A stretch of 64,000 nt of DNA from Macrostomum lignano (lineage: Eukaryota), in contig NIVC01000202.1 in assembly GCA_002269645.1 (NCBI GenBank), positions 372,001 to 436,000 on the forward strand, read 5' to 3'. A program made the translations under genes and the position numbers. This document shows, piece by piece, positions 13,281-30,629 of the stretch (the first letter of the stretch is position 1; each line of letters starts with the position of its first letter). A model generated the notes under the pieces. That model was not told where the DNA came from. It was given only the letters and a program-made list of their open reading frames with translations, and searched no databases.

Positions 13281-13758
13281 ATAAGGAGTCTCATGAAATC
13301 TGCCCAGTGTCCAATGAACGCAGTACAGGAGGCTACAAAGCAAACCAGAGAAAAATTCTACAGAATTCAATAAAACATTTTGCAGCTGAACCAGCCCACC
13401 CCCTCAAGCCAGGTGTTCCCGACACAGACAATCAGACAGTCGGCATAAAAGGAAATAGAAAATCAGAAAAGAATGCAGTTAGTTATCAGTTTCGCTATAG
13501 GCCTCTCAAACACCCAGCGGTGTTAAGCGATGACACCAAGATGCGCTGCCGTCCTACCCAACGCGACACGTGACCCATTGACCTGTTCTTGTGCGAGAGT
13601 GATTGAACGCACAGGTGGGCTCGGGAATCTCCTACGAAAGTGTAAATTTTCCACAATCGAAAAAATCAATTAAGCCAAAGAAACTTGAAAGAGATTTTAA
13701 TGCACTTGAAGGCGGAACTCTCTTTTATAGCTTGAACAGTTTGAACGCAGCAGCTCAC

Positions 13759-14820
13759 CCCGTCCTCAGACACCGTGGGTACAAAGCTCGGATCCACCCA
13801 GTCCTTCTCCGGCCCGTCCTGGCATCGGGGGTCTTTGCGAGGCTTCTTGGCAGCGGCCGACTGCTGCTGCTGCTGCTGCTGCTGCTGGTGGTGCTGCTGA
13901 TGATGAGGCTCCAGCTGGTGCTGCTGCTGATAAGTCGGGTTCATCAGCCGGTGTCGGCTTTGGTTGCTCAGGCTAGTCAGGGGCAGCGGTGGCTGCTGCT
14001 GATGTCCGCTTATGGGCACGGCAGACACACCCACTGTCGCCGCCGCTGCCGCTGCCACTGCCATTTCCTGCATCTGGAGTTGGCGCTGCTGTTGGGCGGC
14101 CTGCAGAGTCTGCAGCAGCCTCTCGTACTCGGCCAAGACCTGCTGCGCCTCGGCCAGCTGCTGCTGAGCCCCGTCGATAAAGCCGCGCGCTTTCTGCACC
14201 TCCGATAAGCTCGGCTGCTGCAGGCCGCGCAGCATTCGGCTGACCGCCGACGCCAGGCCCGCCGTCTCCTCCAAGGCGGCTTCCGCGCACTTTTCGAGCG
14301 TCCTTGGCGCCTGGGAGCCGTTAGCGGCGCCGCCGATGCCGGACGTGGACGAGGAGGGCGACGAGGACGACTGCGGCCGCGGCGACTGGTGCGGCGCTCC
14401 GCCCAGCGGGAACGGCAGGAAAACCGTCGGACCGAGCGGGGGCAGCGACGCTGGCAGATTTCCGCTGCTGCCGCCGCCGTCACTGCCACCGTTCGCGCTG
14501 ATTGTTGATGTCTTCGTGAGGTCCAGCGGAGCGGCCGCCGCCGCTGTGGCAGCCGCAGTGGCCTGCTGAGCGATGGCCTGAACGCCTGCAAAATAGTCCT
14601 TCAGGCTCATGCGGCTGCTTTGTCTATCGCTATTCGATTGTCGCTGCATCTCATCTGCGGCTTCTGTCGGTGTCGAACTGCTGCCTTCCTCTTCGCTGAT
14701 GCTGCCGCTTCTTATTTGGCGTCGCTGCTGCGGCTGCTGCTGGCCGGCCCACGATTGGGGCATCAGCCGCTTGGGCGCCTGGGCCTTGCGCCGATTCGCT
14801 GCTGCGGCCGAGGAGTCCAT
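13759..14820 (-). CDS. BEN-domain protein, first coding exon (low complexity, PLDLT motif, predicted coiled coil)
   Basis: ATG at 14820 (MDSSAAAA), 22 nt after acceptor tccccaag|G at 14842. Open frame of 354 codons to donor GAC GGG|gtgagc (phase 0), which joins 6808 in frame (SEDG|KFVIL). PLDLT matches the PxDLS/T CtBP-binding consensus. The start codon choice is uncertain. Confidence 0.7.
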
Positions 14821-16132
14821 GGGCCAGATGATTCGCGCCCACCTTGGGGAGGAATGGGGTGGTGGGTGGGTGGGGGCAGCCCCGATGGGAGTCAAGGGCA
14901 CACAGGGGATTGGGGCTCTTATGGAGGGCAAGTTTACCGCAATCAACAGGTCTGAGGTGTATTGGGGGGGGGGGCTTTGGATCCAGTTAGCCCTGCAATT
15001 AGAGAAGTTTCCAAGTCGAAACTTCTACTCACTCGAGAGGTAGCAGGCTGTAGTAGAATATTATAGAGCCCTCCTTTTAGACAGAGCTATTACGCTTGGC
15101 TCAATATGGTTTGCCATCATGCATTAGAAGACATTTTTCTATTGTTAGAGAAGCTGCCTCTACATGTGCTGCTATTGAGAGCTGGCAGAGGCCTCTCCCT
15201 GTCTGCGGCTCTCTCATTGGCTTCTGTAGCGGCCGCAGATTAAAAACTGTTCTGTGGCGTGTTAAAAAAACGCGCACTGAAAGGCATGCATCTATGCAGC
15301 TGCTATATACTAGCTAGCATGTGCTGGACGCCAAGAAAATTTCATATTACAGAGAAAAGGCTAGTCCCCCCTCTATCGCGTTCGCGCTATTCATCTGTTG
15401 TCAAGTGCACAGAGACTCCCGCCTGCATTCATGTATATAAAGCACTGCTGAGTGAGGTGGGTTCGCGGACGGTGTGTAATTCTTGCATTCTCATGCTCTA
15501 ATGGGTACTGTCTCCTAGCCAGCTATTAAAAATTTTCATTATTCCACTACTGGCTATATGCTGTGCTATTCTGCCTGTCTCTGCCTGTCCCCGCCCCTGA
15601 CTTGAGCCGTATGACACAATTCGTACATGCGCGCATCTTCGGTCTGTTCCACTGGACGCGGCACAGACGCCGTCGCAGGTCTATTGTTGCAGCAACGAAG
15701 GCTCTCTCTTTGCTCCTATTCAAAAAGCTGGCGGCCTGTAACATTTTTTTCTTGGTTGACCACTTTCTGCCTCGGTATAGTGCAGGCCTAGCTCTTGTAT
15801 GCTAGTCTAGAAATAATGCGACTCTGTGTGGAAAGCTGTTTGTCAGTATGTCTGTCTCTCGGTTTCTCTCTAGGGCGCAACATGCTGCTGCAGCCATGCA
15901 TAGACTTTTTACGGCTTATTATAAGTTTTTCTACTCGATTGCTACCTAGTTTCGGGGCTGGGGCATTGTGTCGCATATGAATCCGACAGCCGACCCGCAG
16001 CGAGCAAGGAGGTGAGCAGTCAAGCCCATTCCGCTGACCCCTGAGCACGTACACACGCAGCCTCACTGGGTGTACAGCGGCTCCGACTTTCAAATCGTCA
16101 TGCAGGTAGATAACTAGAGAAAAAACTAGAGA

Positions 16133-16143
16133 GCTTACCTTGG
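16133..16143 (-). promoter_or_regulatory. Candidate 5' splice site (CCAAG|GTAAGC) of an upstream, probably non-coding, exon of the BEN gene
   Basis: Near-consensus donor upstream of the 14842 acceptor; GC-box-like GGGGCGGGG at ~16516. Confidence 0.35.
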
Positions 16144-17624
16144 ACAGCCTTTTGAAACCCTAGCGAATGGTCATTGAAATTTGGGAATCGAACCAGTCTC
16201 TCTGGCTCTGCAACTGATTGCGATTTCAAGTGATTGAATGTGTAAAAAACGATCTGGCTTTTTATTTCATTCGGCACCAACCAGATCTCCCCAGCGTGCG
16301 CGGAAAAAGAGTGAAAGTGATAGGAGAGTATAGTAGCTAGTGAGACAAAACGACTGCCTGGGAGAGAGGCGGGGGTGCCCAAGGCGGGGAGAGTGAAAAG
16401 AGACACGGAGGGACAGACAGAGCGGAAGAAGCAGGCGGAAAAAGTGCGAAGAACATGCGCGCATGGGTGCATGGGAGAGAGAAGGCTGGGAGGATCGCGG
16501 AGTGAGGGAGTAGTGGGGCGGGGCCGGTCCCACCTGATTAACGCACCCTCAGTCTTTAGGGGGGGGGCGGGAAGAAAAACTGGGGGAGGGGATAAGGCGA
16601 GGCGTCGACACGATCCCCTACTAGCGGGGACTGTATTAGAAAAGGGGGATCTGGGCAGCTAACGCCTGGGATGAAATCTGCGCGCGTGTGAGAGAGTGAA
16701 AATAGTGGAGAAATGGGCGGAGAAATCACCTCAGGGGCATGGAGCGGCACTGCAGCATCGCGTGCCCGACAGTTAGAACCGCCGGCTGCATGTGCGAGTC
16801 GGAAGCGAGCGAGAGCAATAAGCAGCGAAACGAGCACACGGATAGTGTTCGCATGCAGGTTCTGCGACTGGGTGGAGGGGCTTCCCTCGCGCTTTCTTGT
16901 GTAACTCGAGTAAATCCCTCCCCAAAGCCGGTCCTGCTTCAGAAGCTCCGAGCCTCTGATGCGCTATTAAGTTTCCTAGCGGAGATTTCTCCTGTCTTCA
17001 TAAATATCACCAGTTCACTCTTATTAGCTACATGCATATACGAACAGTCCCATGTCAAAACATGCACCCAAATCCCCCAGCCAGCACCTGAATGAAGCAT
17101 CGGATTGATGGGTGCTGTTGCAGTGAAACCGTGCAGGAGGACGAGAGAGGCGTCACGCGGTGCAGGTGACAGTCTTGGGATTCGCACAAAGCGCTCGGCC
17201 AGATTAAATCTCTCTATCCCTAAGTGTTCCTCCCTCTCTCTAAGACGGAAATGTCGCTTCATCAACCCAACAGTCAGTTTCACCTGCTGCTCCGAATGCA
17301 TTTATAACGCGCGTCGGTTTGTCCCGACCACGGGATTGGAAAATGTCACTGTCCGGTGCGGTTGTTGGTTGCCGGGCTTCGATTCATTCGGTAACCATTG
17401 CTGCTATGGGTGCAGAGCATTTTGGTTATCAATGACTGACATAGAGTAACAATTGGTCACGTGTAAAGGGTAGAGACATGAAGTGGGGTGCCATGATTGT
17501 AAGTTGTAGTTCTATAAGCCCTATACATGTACTTACTTACTTACTTACTACTGACGGGGGGCGCAGGCGCCGCGAATAGGCCGCGAGGCCCCTATCGCAA
17601 CCCCAAGGTAAAAGAGCACAAGGA

Positions 17625-22453
<4,829 letters not shown>

Positions 22454-22964
22454 CTACCCTCTGCCACGGTAAACAGCAGAGAAGCTTTGGGTTGCCGTCT
22501 TATCCCAGGATTGCTCCCAGGCGAGGCTCCGGCAGGCCCCCGGTCCACACTCTGCAAGATCAGGGGGCGGGAGGCCGGCTGCGGGCTTGGGACACAGGCG
22601 CCAGGTCGAGTTGACAGCCGACGCCCGAGCCCTCCCCCACAAGAGCGGCCCTCGAGAACCCGTGTGGTACCAGTTGCAACTAAGGGCTGTCGATGGGTAG
22701 TTGGCGCTTAGCCAGCAGCCAACTACTTAGCAGCCACCTGCCCCGCAAAAAAGCAGCAGGGGGGATCCGTCCCCCACCAGCAGACCAAGACGAGGAAGCT
22801 AGCCGCTTCCACGCCAGGCCAGAACGAAAAGGAGGGGGAAGAGCCTCCTCGAAAAACGAAAAGCTGGCGGATGTCACAGAGTCCCTCGGTTTAAGTTGCC
22901 GTTTGCCCCCGTTATACATGTAGCTAGAGGTGATGAGGCAGGGTATAGATCATGGAGGTACAGG

Positions 22965-23345
22965 ATATAGATCCGGGAGGGACAGGACAGATCCGGGAGG
23001 GACAGGATATAGATCCGGGAGGGACAGGACAGATCCGGGAGGGACAGGATATAGATCCGGGAGGGACAGGATATAGATCCGGGAGGGACAGGATATAGAT
23101 CCGGGAGGGACAGGATATAGATCCGGGAGGGACAGGATATAGATCCGGGAGGGACAGGATATAGATCCGGGAAGGACAGGATATAGATCCGGGAGGGACA
23201 GGATATAGATCCGGGAGGGACAGGATATAGATCCGGGAGGGACAGGATACAGATCCGGGAGGGACAGGATATAGATCCGGGAGGGACAGGATATAGATCC
23301 GGGAGGGACAGGATATAGATCCGGGAGGGACAGGATACGGGAGGG
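22965..23345. repeat. 22-bp minisatellite (GACAGGATATAGATCCGGGAGG), ~17 copies
   Basis: Direct reading. Confidence 0.95.
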
Positions 23346-24232
23346 AGAGGATGTAAATGCGGAAAAGAGACAGTATGTAAATAAAGAGTCAGGGTGTATT
23401 TGGAAAGAAGTGGCAACTTTGGAACGAAGGTTGAGTGGCAGGTAGAGATTGCGGTTCGAAAAATCCACAGAATCCCCCGGAGACTCGCAGCAGAGCCGAA
23501 CAGTTCAATCAACTCACGGTTTAGCTAAAGTGCCTCTTTGCCAGCGCAAATGCCCCTGACTAATAACATCCGGCAGGCTCGACACCGACTGTTGCCGCTC
23601 GCCCGGGATCAAACAGAATATAATAGGCCCCAGTGGCATTAGCGCATCGCCAATGCATGCAGTTTTGCCCCTCTTATGCAGGAAGTTTTCGTCTCCCACC
23701 GCGTCAGCATGTATGCCTGCAGCATGTATTATTTGGGAAGTAGGAAGAAGTGCTTGCTAAGATGAGGATTGGCGTGTTTACACACGGGCAGGGCGCTTGA
23801 CATTCAGCGGATTAGAGCCCCCGACTCTCCAGTCTACCGCACGCCCTCTTCGCTTCCCCTGGACTGAAAAACAAAAGCATTTATGGGAAAAGTTTCAATG
23901 CAAAACACACGCACAGTGGAAGCATGTGCCGTAGGAGACAGGGCGGAGCCTGCTAGTGTGAATAAAGCTCCCTTCTAATTGCTTTCAGAGACAGATGAGG
24001 CGCATCTATGCAGCCGCATAAATTTTATTTGGTTCAGAAGTGCCAGGACAGGTACCGGACACGCCAATGCAAATTTGAGGAAACGTAGAATCTAGTATGA
24101 GATGATGCATCATGTGACTGCAGTTAATTCCCTATACATTCCTTATTCATTGAGGTTCATAACACTGTCTAGCAGATTATATCCAGACATGGGGGTCGCT
24201 TTTCAATTTCACAAGCTCAAAAATCAAAGACA

Positions 24233-24395
24233 GAGACACTCATTTTGGCGCCGCAGACAGACATTCATTTTGGCGCCGCAGATAGACACTCATTTTGGCG
24301 CCGCAGACGGACACTCATTTTGGCGCCGCAGACAGACACTCATTTTGGCGCCGCAGACACTCATTTTGGCGCCGCAGACAGACACTCATTTTGAC
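24233..24395. repeat. 25-bp minisatellite (CATTTTGGCGCCGCAGACAGACACT), ~7 copies
   Basis: Direct reading; one 21-bp variant unit. Confidence 0.9.
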
Positions 24396-26169
24396 GCCGA
24401 AAGCGCTATATGTTGGCCCTTGAAACAACATTATTAATTTTTTTAACGGGTCACAAGGTGGGGTGGGGGGGACAAAGCATTGGCATGCCCCCATAGCTTT
24501 TACTGGGGGTAACACGCCCCCCTTGTCCCCCCCCCCCGGTGGCAATGCCTTCGACTTTCCAGTTGTCAAGCATGTACACACTCTGTGCTTTTAGGTTTAG
24601 TCCAAATGAATGTGGCCGCGCACGAAATCCTGAAGTTGTGAGCTAGCAGATGGGACGAATAGCAGGACTTTCCCACGATGTTCAGCTCAAATGTCCAGAA
24701 TTGATTCCTCATTAAGATAAATTTGAATTATGATCAAAGTAAATGTCTTCGCAGAAAAAGCCCAGTTGGCTAAAACTAACGTTCAGATAACACAGGTTTT
24801 TTTGCTGAGCGAAGACTCTATCAATACGAGTGTAAATAAATCATACTTCAGTTATCCCATGTGTAACAGATGAAGCAGCTCTCAATAGCTATCTATATAA
24901 TAGGAAGCGCCCTGTCTAGCACCGTATCATCCCTGTCGAGATAGGTATTTTGCCACGGCATTTCGATGGCACATAGTCGCAGCTTATAGACGACCGCACA
25001 GGACACTCTGCAGCTGATGCGTGGCGCGAGCTGCTCGAACAACAGCTGCAGCAACATCTTCATATTCCCACCTATAAGCACTGGTTAAATATGTTTAGCA
25101 AGAGGGAGAAAGCTGCAACGTGTCTTCTAATATAGGAAAGAATTCTTTCCTGCGTCGCCAAGTGTCGGATCGGACAGATTTGACCGAGTCAAATGGCAAT
25201 TTTCGACAACTACTATTGTAGTAGGGGTCGGGCTGGGAATTTGTGACGTGCATTCCTGGGAAAACTACTGTGCGAAACTACTATATCCGCTTGGAATTGC
25301 CGACAACTAGGTAAAGCTGGTATTGATTTTATCGGCCAAGTTGATAGTAAAGCCAACCAAGTCGAGATTTTTCATTTGGCAGCAGTAGATTCGGTCTTGC
25401 CCATAGACATAGACATAGCGAGTAAGTTATGATTTGGCCATAGACATCAGCACAAAGGATGCCAACCTCACTCGTTGAAATCATGCTTAAAAATCGACTT
25501 CCAATGCAGTAACGATCAAAACCATAAACTTGGTTGCTTTTTGCCCGAATATTTTTGGACGAGAACAACTCGGCTCACAATCGAGAAAAGAAACATTTGA
25601 GAGACAGGAAGATCTCAAGAAGCATAGAAGTTATAGCACAGGTGTCGGCAAAGTTTTTTTTTAACTCAAGGGCAAGATAAAGAATCCAGCTCATACCTGC
25701 GGACCAGAAAAGAGAGGAAAGGAGAGAAGAGAGAAGAGAGCTGAGAAGATACATAAACCTTAGGGGGCCGCATGTGGTTGACCGACTACAGGAGTTTGCC
25801 GAACCCTGTCATAGCATGATAACATTTTCACTAGAGGGGGTAGTTGACCCCTTTGACCTCTGGATGGCTCCCCATCTCAATGCCAGGTGGGCAGCTGCCC
25901 CCCTCTTACCCCTGTTCCCAGGTGCCAGTGTTTACTTCTCATTAGAAACGAATAAATTTTTGATATAGTTACTAGTCTGGTAACTAGCTAAAGAGGAATG
26001 CTATTCAACATCTCTCATCCTAGCCAATCTTGCCAGTCAGCCAGCAGCAGAAGCGCTAACTCGAGTTCGAATAAAAAACTAGAGCGCGCCGTGCGCAGGT
26101 AGAGAAAAATTGAAAATCAGTGCGGCGTCACGAATGCAAGCGCAGAGGTAGAAAAAGCTCCGGATTCCC

Positions 26170-26171
<2 letters not shown>

Positions 26172-26216
<45 letters not shown>
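26172..26216. repeat. (CT)n/(GA)n microsatellite
   Basis: ~22 perfect dinucleotide units. Confidence 0.95.
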
Positions 26217-26218
<2 letters not shown>

Positions 26219-26940
26219 CGTGTTTTCGAGTTCCATATTCCTTCATTCATCCTTCCGTAATGCCTCGCGGTTGCTCGCATTGAATCGAGAATTGGGTGGT
26301 CCGGTGCAGGTGAACCCGGATCAACCGCGTGTTCCGTGTGTGCGCAACTGCATGCGACCTCGGCTTGAATCGGGCCATGCATACGGCAGTTGCTGCTGCT
26401 GCTGCCCCCACGCATGCCCACCTGGCCATGTTTTCATGTGGGCCCTCCATCCACACATTCTATATTTCTCTCTCTCTCTCTCTCGCTCTCTCACACGCGC
26501 GCGGCATAATTCGCACACGCGCCTCCCCCCGCCGAGCCGCAATCCGGCTGCACAGGACGCGGGTGGGAGGGGGGACCTGCTGGGACACATCCCTGCATCC
26601 CAGCCCGCTTTGCATGCATGCTCCGCGCGTGTGTTAGCTGCTAGGTATAGAAAAGTCGCAAATTCAATCCTTCTTCATCATCATCATCGCAGTCGTGTAG
26701 TAGCATAGCTGGCTAAACAGGCAGATGCAAGACTTTGGGTGAAAAAGCGCGCGGTCATGCGCTCGGTTCGCTTCAATGAGCCGCCAGCTCGTGGCTGAGT
26801 TACACGCAGTAGCGGCGCTTTCGTGATTAATCTTCAAGGCAATAAGACGTCTGCTGCAACAGGAGACAGCGGAGGCGGATTTCGTTACAGCTCCCATTTT
26901 GCCATCCGTCTCTATTAATCTTCTCTCGTTCTAATGATCC

Positions 26941-27610
26941 AAATAACATTTTGCACAATTTTATAGCGGCAACTCTCTTCTTCATATTAACTTTAACATC
27001 TTTAAAACCAGACAATGGAAACAAAAGTTACAAACTAAAATTTAGCAGGAGTTTGACCATAGACTTACGTACAGTATGTTAACAAGCTAGTGGAAAGTAG
27101 TGAAAGTACTTTTGATTGAATGCACTCTAAGACTTCTTTGTTAGGCTGCTTTGACAAAGAGACATCTATGGAAAAACTTGGGAAAACATAAAACTTTTAA
27201 AGCAGCAGAATATTTCCCACTGGGCTTCAGCTTCATTGCTTTTTGTTCCCTGCTTTTTCTGCACCAAAAGTCATGGATGCGCATTCTTGTTGCTCAGGGG
27301 AGTGTGATTTACACTCTTTAGAGGGCAGAGCATAGTGCAGCCGGGATTCATGCGCAACTTTCATCGACTCATGGGTCTAATGCAGTCATTTACCACAGTA
27401 ACTTTACACATTTAGGAGTACTGAACCCAGTTACTCATTTGTCAGCTTCCACTTCGAAATTTTGCTAGCTTGCTAACTTACTGTAATTCTATGGTCAAAC
27501 TCCTGCTACATTTGAGTTTGTAACTTTTGTTTCCATTGTCTGATTTTTTAAATATTAAAGTTAATATGAAGAGAGTTGCCGCTAAAAAATTGTGCAAAAT
27601 GATGTTATTT
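26941..27610. mobile_element. MITE-like element with ~125-150 bp imperfect inverted arms
   Basis: 26941-27063 is the near-exact reverse complement of 27488-27610 (e.g. CAGACAATGGAAACAAAAGTTACAAACT); no TSD recognised. Confidence 0.6.
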
Positions 27611-29236
27611 TTGCCTACTCTAAAACTCAAAAAGGACTCAGATTTAATTGCGTGCGCGGGCCCAATTTAAATTTTGATTCGAGCATGGGATTTTCACCTA
27701 AACTGTCTGAGATTATATGAGGACTAAGACTAAATAGTCGTTTACGGTATCATTAAACTTGCGAGCTCAAGTGCCATAGAAATATGCATTCCTTACCAAA
27801 CTCTCCGGTACCTCTACTCATAGTAGTCAGTTTGAATAGCGTTTAAGTCAAAGAAAATAAAGGAAAGACATTTTATTCTTTATTTTATTTCTACCTAACA
27901 GGCGGTTCAAACAAAACGAAAAAATACCTGGAGGTATTTAAAATAAAAAAACACAGTCAGTCACTCGCAACAGTAGACTGAATTGACTTTATTACACATT
28001 TCAGTATTAAATTGTAGCACACATATAGAAAAAGCACTATAAATGGTGCCAAAGTGTGTGAGGGCCAACCAGTACAGTTCATGTATCAGTGTTTTTGTAC
28101 TAAATAATGTACGTGTTCTTTTTACACTACAACATATTTTGAGGTCATTTGAGGACACAACAAACACGAGACACAATGAGTTATGAGCAAAAATGTGAAA
28201 AGATTGAAGTCTATCGGGCCGTCTGGATCTTAATAAATCTAATCTAGCTAGTATATAAACAGTGTATAAATATATATATCACATGCATTAAAAATGATAA
28301 CTGGAACACTGTAAATATTAGAAACGCAAGTGAAAACAGTTGCCAGGACACTTCGAAGCCAAAAAGCGGAAGCGGCACAGCAGCAACAAAAACAACAAGT
28401 TTCGGACGCAAATCGATTGAGAGAAAAAATAAATTACTGCTCAGTCAAGCACAGATTTGTTGTGCAAGGTTTCCGTGCTAAGAATTAATAAACAACATCA
28501 AGTCATATTATGGGCTAAGGTAGTTTTTAAAAATACTCAACAAGAAAAGGTTGGGTTTTATATTTACATAAATTTGCGTGCCTTTAGTACTTGGTTAGTA
28601 TAATAGTTAAAATGTAAAGTATATACTGGGTTAATTACATCAGAAACTCACAGTAAAATCCAGTAGAGCATATCAAGAACATGCAGCATATTCTCAATTG
28701 TATGAGAGCTTTTATACTGTAATTGAACTACAAAAAAGTTTGCAATGATTGATTGATTGACTGAGACAGCCAGGGTGAAGGTCCTGGGGAGGGGACATGG
28801 CGGAAAAACGAGGTGACCTCTCAGATCAGGGGGGTCTATATATTTGCGAGGGCAGGGGGGGGTCAAAGTCCCCCTATAGACACGATCCCTTTAGCTCGTA
28901 AAAAATGTTTTTATGGGATCAGAGCCCCGCTCTCTTTGTAAGGGGGTCAAGGCCCCAACTAAGAGACGTGACTTACCGGAGTCACAAAAATCCCTCTTTT
29001 TAAAAGAGGGTCAAAATACCGAAAAATCACTTCCCAAGCATTCGTTACTTCCGTAAAGAAATTGATGTGACCGTTTATTTGGTGGTCACATTGATTGTCA
29101 CATTGCAAGGGTCACATCGACGGTCACATAGAGACTATTTTAGGAGGTCAAAACCGACCTCTTTGAAATAGGAGGGGTCAACGCCCCCCCCCCGAGAAAT
29201 AGGTGGCCCCTAAAAATCCTTCGATTTAGAGCTTGG

Positions 29237-29532
29237 TCAGCCGCTATCCGGACTCGACAGTCTTCTGGCTTCAACGGCAGCCTCCGCCTCCGTAATCAGC
29301 TGGCTGAGCCGCTGGTCCAGCAGAGCTCGGCCGCGCGAACCGACCAGCGAGGAGCCGCCGGACAGCTGCTGCAAAGTTTGACCGAGGCTGGCCCGGCTGG
29401 CCGACTCCAGGACCAGCAGGGCGCCGTGGTAGCCGGACTCCCGGAACGATCGGTTTGCCTCGGCGTCGTCGCGAAGGAGGCCGAGGCCGCGCAGCCACTG
29501 CTGCAGACGATCGTTGGACCAGACAAGCAGGT
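29237..29532 (-). CDS. PPFIA: Liprin-alpha exon 12 (SAM3, stop)
   Basis: ctccacag|AC CTG: DLLVWSNDRLQQWLRGLGL...ESGYHGALLVL matches liprin-alpha SAM3 (DVLVWSNDRV...ESGVHGALLAL); TGA at 29239-29237. Confidence 0.9.
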
Positions 29533-29669
29533 CTGTGGAGTTGATGCGTGCGGTGCGACTTGTCAGGGAGTTGAGTGGGAATCGATGCAGGGGAATTTCG
29601 ATCTCAGGGATTAGCGGGAATCAATGAGGAATTGCTTAGGGAATTAGAGGAATCTAAAGGGAAATAGGC

Positions 29670-29860
29670 GGTTGTAGCCTAGTGGTTAGAGCGTCGGACT
29701 CGCGACTAAAAGGTCGGGGGTTCGATTCTCGACCTACTCTTAAGCCAGACGCTTAGCTCTGCATTGCTTCAGTTCACCCAGCTGTAAAATGGGTGCCAGC
29801 ATTACCTCGGATAATTGAGGGTGTGTGGGCAGGTGTAATCAATTATTATTATCACTTTTA
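29670..29860 (+). mobile_element. tRNA-derived SINE (shorter copy) in liprin intron 11
   Basis: A box TAGCCTAGTGG, B box GGTTCGATT, central TTCAGTTCACCCAGCTGTAAAATGGGTGCC shared with the copy at 63040-63350; (TTA)n-like end. Confidence 0.8.
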
Positions 29861-29996
29861 TTATTAAAAGAAAAGGCTCAGTAGGCCTAAGTGAAATCGC
29901 AGGCGATTGCTCAGAGATTGAGGATAATCAAAGAGTAAGAGTTAATTGAACAGATAGAATCGGACAGACATCATAGTGGCTCAAGTTGAAACTCAC

Positions 29997-30550
29997 CAGA
30001 GTCAACCTTTGCGCAGGCCTCGCGCCTGGCCTCCAGCGTCTGCCTATCGAAGCCAAGCAGATGCAAAGCCCGGATGCCGCAGACCAGCGACCGTCTGTGC
30101 CCGGAGTCCGACATACGCAGATGGGATCGGAGCTCCTTCTTGCCCAGACTTGGCAGCATCCTGGCGTCAACCAGGCAGTCCATGAAGGCCGAACGGTACT
30201 GGCCGAGGCCCAGGCTGGGCAGCCAGCTGTTGCCAACCCAGTCGTGTCCCATCCGGCCGCAAACCAGACTCGGGTTGCCGGAGCTCCCCTGCCCGGCTGT
30301 CCAATCCAGCATCTCCTGCACGGCCAGTCTCAGCTTCAACCGGTGCAGCGGATTTGAGATGCCCAGCTCTCGCTGAATGTCCTGGTCGGATAGGCTAGCC
30401 ATAATAGCGCCGGATTTCACATTGGCTCTGCAGGCGGCCACGTACCAGTCGGGCATGCCGACCCACAGTTCTAGCCAGGCGACTACAGTGGGACCGCTCC
30501 ACTGGGTGAAGCTGGACCGGTCCTGCATCACCTGCTCCAGTAGTTCCTCT
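29997..30550 (-). CDS. PPFIA: Liprin-alpha exon 11 (SAM1 and SAM2)
   Basis: [54 protein letters not shown] is the hallmark liprin-alpha SAM1; [31 protein letters not shown] is SAM2. Splice phases 2 and 1 are consistent. Confidence 0.95.
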
Positions 30551-30629
30551 CTGTGAAAAGTCATTTATCATTAGTCAATAAAGTAAACAGGGGGAGCACA
30601 ATAAATATCCAATGCCTCGTCATCTATGA

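Noticed and set aside
12044-13370. Pro/Ser/Leu-rich 395-416 aa ORFs (extensin-like)
   Set aside because: They are the reading frames of a G-rich low-complexity array in BEN intron 1.
13666-14946. Treating the 426-aa ORF as a complete single-exon gene
   Set aside because: Its N-terminal ~35 aa lie upstream of a clear acceptor (14842), and its C-terminus runs past a good donor (13759) that splices in frame to BEN-domain exons.
28780-29220. G/C-run-rich segment sharing GACACGATCCC with ~16607
   Set aside because: It is probably a decayed small repeat, but the match is too short to define boundaries or a family.
29670-29745. Functional tRNA gene (also at 63280-63350, 37560-37630 and ~49230-49290)
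   Set aside because: A and B boxes are present but acceptor and anticodon stems do not pair. The first two continue into a shared SINE body.
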